Shown here piece by piece: positions 61,474 to 64,000 of a stretch of 64,000 bases of DNA. The stretch comes from Candidatus Latescibacterota bacterium (GTDB taxonomy: Bacteria > Latescibacterota > UBA2968 > UBA8231), in the NCBI GenBank assembly GCA_965243025.1, contig CBDETY010000003.1, forward strand, positions 6,464,001 to 6,528,000, given 5' to 3'. How positions within the stretch are numbered: position 1 is the first letter of the stretch; each line of letters opens with the position of its first letter. The notes beneath the pieces are model-generated. The model saw only the letters and a list, made by a program, of their open reading frames with translations. It ran no database searches and was not told the DNA's origin. The position numbers and the translations under genes were made by a program.

Positions 61474-62427
61474 TCAGAATCCGCAGCGCTCCGCCGCCCT
61501 GAAGAACGGCTCCGAGACCGCCATGGCCCCCCGGAAAGGAAGGTCGCCCGTCATCGGGTGGACGCAGAGCAGGCGGCAGCCGTTCTCCATCGCCCGCACC
61601 ATGTTGTCCTCGATATCCCCGGGGTCCTCCATCGAGCCGCTGCCCACCACCCGTCCGAGGTGAACGCCCCGGTCGGCGGCGGCGCGGAAGAGCGCGTCGA
61701 TGGCGTCCTCCACCTCGGGGAGGTCCCCCTCGCGCAGGATGGCGTCGAAAGGGCCGACAAACCCGCAGGCCTTGTTGCGGCCCTGGGCGGCCATCAGGTC
61801 GAGCAGGCGGTCGCGCAGGCCGGTATCGGTGATGTACTCGGCGGTTTCGAACTGCAGCCAGCCCTGGGTTTCGGTTTCGGCGCCGCGCAGGGAGTCCGGG
61901 GTGAAGCACATGGTGCGGTCGCCGGTGCGCACCGGGTAGCCGCCGCGGTCGACGGCTGTCGCCTGCCCGGGCACGGGGAACTGGACCGACCGGTAGAACA
62001 CCTCGGCCTCCTCGTAGGTGGTTCCGTACGGCCTCATGGTGCCGCGCGCCCCGAGCTGGAAGGCGTCGCCGTGGGAGCTCAGGGCCTCGCGGTGCAGGCG
62101 CTGGATCGCCAGCAGACCGAGGCGGCACTCGGCGGCGTTCTGCTCGGTCCCGTACCAGCCTTCGCGCTGCCGGTGCTCGGCGTCGTTGACGATCCAGGAA
62201 AACCCCGCCTTGGCCCAGGCGTGGGCCTCGCTCTCGCGGAACTGGTGCCAGGGGATGTCGTTGAAGATCCCGAGCAGGGGAGGGGTCTCGGCGACCGTGG
62301 CATGGCGGTCGAGAACCTCCTTCAGCGGGTTGCGGCCCGGGTGGGAAACGTAGGCGTGGGCCCGGCGGGCGAACTCCTCGACCTTGAGCGGGCGCGAGCC
62401 GCCGACCGCCTCGATGGCAGTTGTCAT
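61474..62427 (-). CDS. Divergent HpcH/HpaI aldolase-like protein
   Basis: AGFSWIVNDAEH, LQFET, FVGPFD resemble the HpcH motifs GFDW..D.EH, QIET, FIGP.D. Confidence 0.6.
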   Translation of the reverse strand: MTTAIEAVGGSRPLKVEEFARRAHAYVSHPGRNPLKEVLDRHATVAETPPLLGIFNDIPWHQFRESEAHAWAKAGFSWIVNDAEHRQREGWYGTEQNAAECRLGLLAIQRLHREALSSHGDAFQLGARGTMRPYGTTYEEAEVFYRSVQFPVPGQATAVDRGGYPVRTGDRTMCFTPDSLRGAETETQGWLQFETAEYITDTGLRDRLLDLMAAQGRNKACGFVGPFDAILREGDLPEVEDAIDALFRAAADRGVHLGRVVGSGSMEDPGDIEDNMVRAMENGCRLLCVHPMTGDLPFRGAMAVSEPFFRAAERCGF

Positions 62428-62428
62428 C

Positions 62429-63178
62429 TCAGTCCTTTCCGTGAGCGGCCCGCTCGCGAGCCGCTCTCTGGTCTTTTGGAAACCGGCAGCCGCGGCGCAG
62501 ACAACAGCCGCGGCAATCCGGCGTTGCGCGGCAGCGTTCGACCGCGTGCCGCACCAGGAGAGCGTGGTACTCCTCGAACAGACCGGCGTCTGCCGGCAGC
62601 GCCGAGGTGAACAGGGTCTGCAGCTCCTCGTAGCCGGCGCCGTTTCCGGTCCAGCCGAGGCGGGAGCAGATGCGCCGCGTGTACGCGTCGACGACGAAGC
62701 AGGGATGGCGGCCGGCGTACAGCAGGATGGAGTCCGCGGTCTCGGGTCCGATCCCCTTGAGGGAGAGCAGCTCGCCGCGCAGGGAATCGGTGGGCCGGCG
62801 CAGCATCGCCGCCGTGCTGCCCCCGTAGTTCTCCACCACGTGGCCGGCGAGGCCGTGCAGCCGCTCTGCCTTCTGGTTGTAGTACCCGGAAGACCGGATC
62901 ACCTCGGCGAGCTGTCCGACCGCAAGGCCGCGCAGCCGCCGGGGAGTGCGGATCCGCCGCCGGGCGAGGGCGGCCAGCGCCTGCTCGGCGTTGCGCCAGG
63001 AGGTGTTCTGCGTGAGGACCGCCCCGACGACGATCTCCCAGCGCTCGCGGTCGCTCAAGCGGCGCCGGGTCGCGCCCGGGTAGTACCGGGGGGTGATCTC
63101 GTTTTTCGGGGTCGTCGGCCACCAGCCCTGGGGGCCGTAGCAGTCGTGGAGTCTTCTGAACAGGGTGCGCGGTTTCAA
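62429..63178 (-). CDS. Endonuclease III-related HhH-GPD glycosylase with 4Fe-4S motif
   Basis: GAVLTQNTSW, LKGIGPETADSILLY, VVDAY, C-x5-C-x2-C-x5-C. Confidence 0.88.
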   Translation of the reverse strand: MKPRTLFRRLHDCYGPQGWWPTTPKNEITPRYYPGATRRRLSDRERWEIVVGAVLTQNTSWRNAEQALAALARRRIRTPRRLRGLAVGQLAEVIRSSGYYNQKAERLHGLAGHVVENYGGSTAAMLRRPTDSLRGELLSLKGIGPETADSILLYAGRHPCFVVDAYTRRICSRLGWTGNGAGYEELQTLFTSALPADAGLFEEYHALLVRHAVERCRATPDCRGCCLRRGCRFPKDQRAARERAAHGKD

Positions 63179-63268
63179 GACCCGGAAAATCGCCCGCCCG
63201 GCTCTGGCAGGTCAAGGCGAGCGCGGCTAAATTGACCGCCCTCGCAACGAACCGGAAGGGGTGAAATC

Positions 63269-64000
63269 ATGACGGAAAAGACTTACAGGGCCGCGGCCAT
63301 CGGCCACACCGGGGCCGGCGGCTTCGGACACGGGCTGCATCAGGCGTACGAAGGGAACGAACGCGTCGAATTCGTCGCCGTGAGCGACCCCGACGAGGAG
63401 GGGCGGGCAAAGGCTCAGCAGGAAACCGGGGCCCCGCGATCCTACGCCGATCACGAGCGGATGCTCGCCGCCGAGGAGCTGGACATCGTCAGCGTCGGCC
63501 CGCGCTGGCCCGTCAGCCACGTCGAGCTGGTGACCGCCTGCATGGAGGCCGGAGCCCACGTGTACTGCGAGAAACCGATGACCTCCAACCTCGCCGACGG
63601 AGACCTCCTGGTCGCCAGGGCGGAGCAGCTGGGAAAGAAGATCGCCGTCGCCCACCAGGGGGTGTACCTGCCGCAAGCGGGCGCCGTGAGGAAGGCGATC
63701 GAAGGCGGCATTATCGGCGACGTGCAGGCGGTGTACGCCCACGGCAAGCAGGACCGGCGCGGCGGCGGGGAAGACATGATGGTGCTGGGGACCCACCTGT
63801 TCAACATGATGCGGTACTTCCTGGGCGACGTGCGCTGGATGTCGGGGCACGTCAGCGTCGGGGGCCGGGAGGCCACCCCTGCCGACGTGCGCGAGCCGAC
63901 CGAGCCGATAGGGCCGGTGGCCGGGGACAGCATTTATTCCTACTTCGCCTTCGAGTCGGGGGTCAGCGGCCATTTCGATTCCCGCGTCGAGGCTTCCGGG
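63269..64000 (+). CDS. Gfo/Idh/MocA family oxidoreductase (truncated by window end; absent from the ORF track)
   Basis: Own translation: MTEKTYRAAAIGHTG..VAVSDPD..AGAHVYCEKPM..MVLGTHLF. Confidence 0.88.
   Translation, partial: MTEKTYRAAAIGHTGAGGFGHGLHQAYEGNERVEFVAVSDPDEEGRAKAQQETGAPRSYADHERMLAAEELDIVSVGPRWPVSHVELVTACMEAGAHVYCEKPMTSNLADGDLLVARAEQLGKKIAVAHQGVYLPQAGAVRKAIEGGIIGDVQAVYAHGKQDRRGGGEDMMVLGTHLFNMMRYFLGDVRWMSGHVSVGGREATPADVREPTEPIGPVAGDSIYSYFAFESGVSGHFDSRVEASG

Overview
GC-rich (~68-70% by eye) bacterial chromosomal segment. PorV-like and FlgD-Ig/T9SS-like C-terminal (NxPNPFN) proteins plus the gene order suggest an FCB-superphylum organism, plausibly Latescibacterota-like; this taxonomy is inference. 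Most of the window is housekeeping: tatC, tatA, lnt, radC, sodN, pcm, gatA, pssA-psd, htrA, truA, ecfT, a xerD-like gene, uvrC, rlmI-like, ndk-yceD-rpmF-fabHDG-acpP-fabF-rnc, a lipoate ligase, oppD/F-like, ppiD, nadK and prpD. Two lower-GC accessory blocks stand out. (1) About 28.8-36.0 kb: two tandem, apparently secreted, stand-alone double-Cache proteins that share a near-identical 5' end but have different C-terminal tails (full FlgD/T9SS-like domain versus a short TSI..SW..IK tail), an AT-rich orphan with the same short tail, and a broken M9 collagenase gene, next to a XerD-like gene lacking two catalytic residues. (2) 59.5-61.4 kb: an ABC/AAA ATPase plus DUF4276-like TOPRIM pair, a candidate defence module. 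Also notable is a back-to-back promoter pair shared by an HD-domain (dNTPase-like) gene and ndk, with a terminator in the ndk leader. No tRNA, rRNA, CRISPR array, IS transposase or reverse transcriptase was recognised. All family assignments come from motif recognition by eye, not database searches.
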